DNA of 64,000 nt from NCBI GenBank assembly GCA_050008535.1, contig JBEKML010000001.1, positions 2,246 through 66,245 on the forward strand. Reading direction: 5' to 3'. The translations under genes were made by a program, and so were the position numbers. This stretch comes from Minisyncoccia bacterium (lineage in GTDB: Bacteria; Patescibacteriota; Minisyncoccia; UBA6257; 2-01-FULL-56-20). This document shows positions 62,071 through 64,000 of this stretch, piece after piece; positions within the stretch are counted from its first letter, which is position 1, and the number at the start of each line of letters is the position of its first letter. Under the pieces are notes generated by a model. The model worked only from the letters and a program-made list of their open reading frames with translations. It did no database searches and had not been told where the DNA came from.

Positions 62071-63123
62071 TTATATAAATTCTTTCAAGCCGAGCCCCAG
62101 GGCAATGCTCATCACCGGATTTAATTCCGCAACGAGCGGGGCGATCTCGGGAGCGTATTCAAATCGCAGGAAGGGGGTTGCTTTCACGATCGGCATCCCG
62201 AACTCCCGTTCAAAATACTTTTCGATGCCCAAAAGGTTTGCCCCGCCGCCCGAGAGCATGAGCCGTTCTATCTTCCGCGCCGCAGGAAACTGCTGCGCAT
62301 AGATGAACTGCGTTTTCTTCACTTCACTAATTATAGCATCTAAAAACGGCAACATTATTGTGGACAATTCATAGCTTGGACCGGTGCCTATAATGCCTCG
62401 TTCCTTCTTGAGTTCTTCGGCACGCGCCGGATTAATGCTCAAACTGGTTGCCAGGGCCTGGGTAAGCGAGGCCGAAGCGAAATCGCCCTGTGCGCTCCAA
62501 ATGAGCCTTCCCTGATCAAGAAAAATGACGTTGGTCGATTGGCTCCCGATATCCACCGCCATGGTCGGCGTGGGATCTCCCCCCAGGATCCGCGCAAGGC
62601 TTACGCTCTCGATCTCAAGCGCGCGGAGAGAAAGCCCCGCCCCTTTAAATATCCTTTGATATTTTGCGATTTGTTCTTTTGGGACGGAGATAAGCAGGAT
62701 CTTTTGGTGCATAAAACCCTTGTCGTCTTCGTAATCTCCAACCTTCATCCAATCAAGTGCGACCTCCGAAAGCGGCAACGGCACATATTGTTTCGCCTGG
62801 TACACCATTGCTTTCTCCACTTCTGCCGGTTCCATCTGCGGAAAATCAATGACGGTGGTAAAAGCGGAAAAGGGAGGCAGCGATGCGAGCGCAAGTTTCG
62901 TTGATGTTCCCATCTGCTTTATGACGGTCTTCAAAAATTCAATCACGTCCGATTCGAAAATTTTCAGACTGCTTGTCTGTAACGCCTGGTTGGCACGCGA
63001 AAGATATCCACTTGACTCCAGAAGGCCGTAGTTTGTGACCTGCGGGCGGGCTCCGCCTCCTCTCACTTCAACAACTTTGATGGAGGTCGTTCCAATATCA
63101 ACGCCGAGATATGAACTTGCCAT
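62071..63123 (-). CDS. pilM: PilM, an actin-like ATPase-fold pilus assembly protein.
   Basis: LGVDIGTTSIKVVE is the actin/FtsA-like phosphate-1 motif; 350 aa. Confidence 0.8.
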   Translation of the reverse strand: MASSYLGVDIGTTSIKVVEVRGGGARPQVTNYGLLESSGYLSRANQALQTSSLKIFESDVIEFLKTVIKQMGTSTKLALASLPPFSAFTTVIDFPQMEPAEVEKAMVYQAKQYVPLPLSEVALDWMKVGDYEDDKGFMHQKILLISVPKEQIAKYQRIFKGAGLSLRALEIESVSLARILGGDPTPTMAVDIGSQSTNVIFLDQGRLIWSAQGDFASASLTQALATSLSINPARAEELKKERGIIGTGPSYELSTIMLPFLDAIISEVKKTQFIYAQQFPAARKIERLMLSGGGANLLGIEKYFEREFGMPIVKATPFLRFEYAPEIAPLVAELNPVMSIALGLGLKEFI

Positions 63124-63162
63124 TTAAGCTCTTTTTAATGCCTGATTTCCTATTATCATACC

Positions 63163-63867
63163 ATGAATTTTGAATTGCTTGCTTCTGTTTTATTTCCGCG
63201 CTCCTGCCTTATTTGCAGAAAATACCTCCGCACGGATGTCCTTTGTGAAGGATGCCGCCGAACGATCGCGGTCGCGAGCACGTCCTTCTGCGGGCAATGC
63301 GGTGCGGCGCTTCCTTGTGCGGATCCTCCTCACATCTCCGCGAGCCCCTGCCATCCCGCATTCCCTTATATCCTCGGCGCCGCAGGAAGCTACGACGACA
63401 AGGCGCTCACGACGCTTATCCATTCCCTTAAGTTCCGCGGCATGAGGGCCGCCGCAGTGCCGCTCGCAGACCTTATGGCGGAATACGTTCTCCTCCTCAA
63501 GATGGACCTCCGAGAGTATCTTGTAATGCCGATCCCCCTTTCGCGCCAACGCTTCCGCACCCGCGGCTTCAACCAATCGGCATGCATTGCAAAACGATTC
63601 GCGGAACAGCTCCTCCTTCCGCTTGAAACAAGATGCCTCTTCCGCACGAAGCACGCAAAGCCGCAGAGCGAGACGGAAAATCTTAAGGAGCGGAAAGGCA
63701 ACATTCGCGGATGTTTCACGGTTGTAGATACTGAAGCGATCCGGGGGGAAAACATCGTCCTTGTTGACGACGTCTGCACCTCCGGCGCGACCTTTCTTGA
63801 AGCCGCACAAGCCCTCAAGTCCGCGGGCGCCGCAAAAATCTTTGCCCTTGCGGCCGCAAGGGCCTAA
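63163..63867 (+). CDS. comF: ComF family protein (double zinc ribbon plus phosphoribosyltransferase domain), a competence DNA-uptake factor.
   Basis: N-terminal CxxC...CxxC pairs and a C-terminal PRTase motif IVLVDDVCTSGAT. Confidence 0.8.
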   Translation: MNFELLASVLFPRSCLICRKYLRTDVLCEGCRRTIAVASTSFCGQCGAALPCADPPHISASPCHPAFPYILGAAGSYDDKALTTLIHSLKFRGMRAAAVPLADLMAEYVLLLKMDLREYLVMPIPLSRQRFRTRGFNQSACIAKRFAEQLLLPLETRCLFRTKHAKPQSETENLKERKGNIRGCFTVVDTEAIRGENIVLVDDVCTSGATFLEAAQALKSAGAAKIFALAAARA

Positions 63868-63900
63868 ACAAGCGGTACTTTTTTTGGTAAGATAAACGGA

Positions 63901-64000
63901 ATGGCATCATTCCAAATACTGTGGGAAGCACCGGAATACGAATACCGCGAGAAGACCGTTTCATGGTATTGGCTTTCCATCATCATCGCCGCTATCGTCA
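63901..64000 (+). CDS. 5' fragment of a hypothetical membrane-protein ORF; it continues beyond the window.
   Basis: ATG at 63901 reads MASFQILWEAPEYEYREKTVSWYWLSIIIAAIV... Confidence 0.25.
   Translation, partial: MASFQILWEAPEYEYREKTVSWYWLSIIIAAIV

Overview
This 64-kb segment (~55% GC) appears to come from a small-genome bacterium. Its compact housekeeping genes, insertions in the rRNA and a type IV pilus/competence locus suggest a Patescibacteria/CPR-like organism (inference).

Protein-coding content is mostly core machinery on both strands: a partial sensor kinase, a Zn/Mn-type ABC importer, pcm, ftsB-like, lepA, a family-39 glycosyltransferase, ftsQ-like, alr, serS, thrS, miaA, gatB, an HD dNTPase-like gene, tmk, rplK, a SemiSWEET, ssb, rpsF, an in-frame fusion of rpoB and rpoC, mltG, rodA, a NUDIX hydrolase, cca, a monomeric pheS-like gene, murD, gatCA and ligA.

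Stable RNAs: a 23S-5S rRNA operon lies on the minus strand with no 16S. The 23S is interrupted by a 753-nt group I intron carrying a LAGLIDADG homing endonuclease at the I-CreI-type site. It is also interrupted by a ~390-nt helix-45 intervening sequence that embeds a complete tRNA-Pro(CGG) with encoded CCA. Four free-standing tRNAs (Gly-CCC, Pro-CGG, Met-CAU, Asp-GUC) lack an encoded CCA.

A type IV pilus/competence locus occupies 52.7-63.9 kb (pilM-N-O, pilB, pilT, pilC, pilA, pilD, minor pilins, comF).

The most unusual signals are these:
- A family of six long, near-perfect hairpins whose stems are unrelated in sequence but whose 12-nt loop (CCCTTCTTAGTA or its complement) is conserved. All six sit next to tRNA or rRNA genes.
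- Tandem paralogous ~590-aa cysteine-rich repeat proteins of unknown function.
- The tRNA-bearing intervening sequence inside the 23S rRNA.
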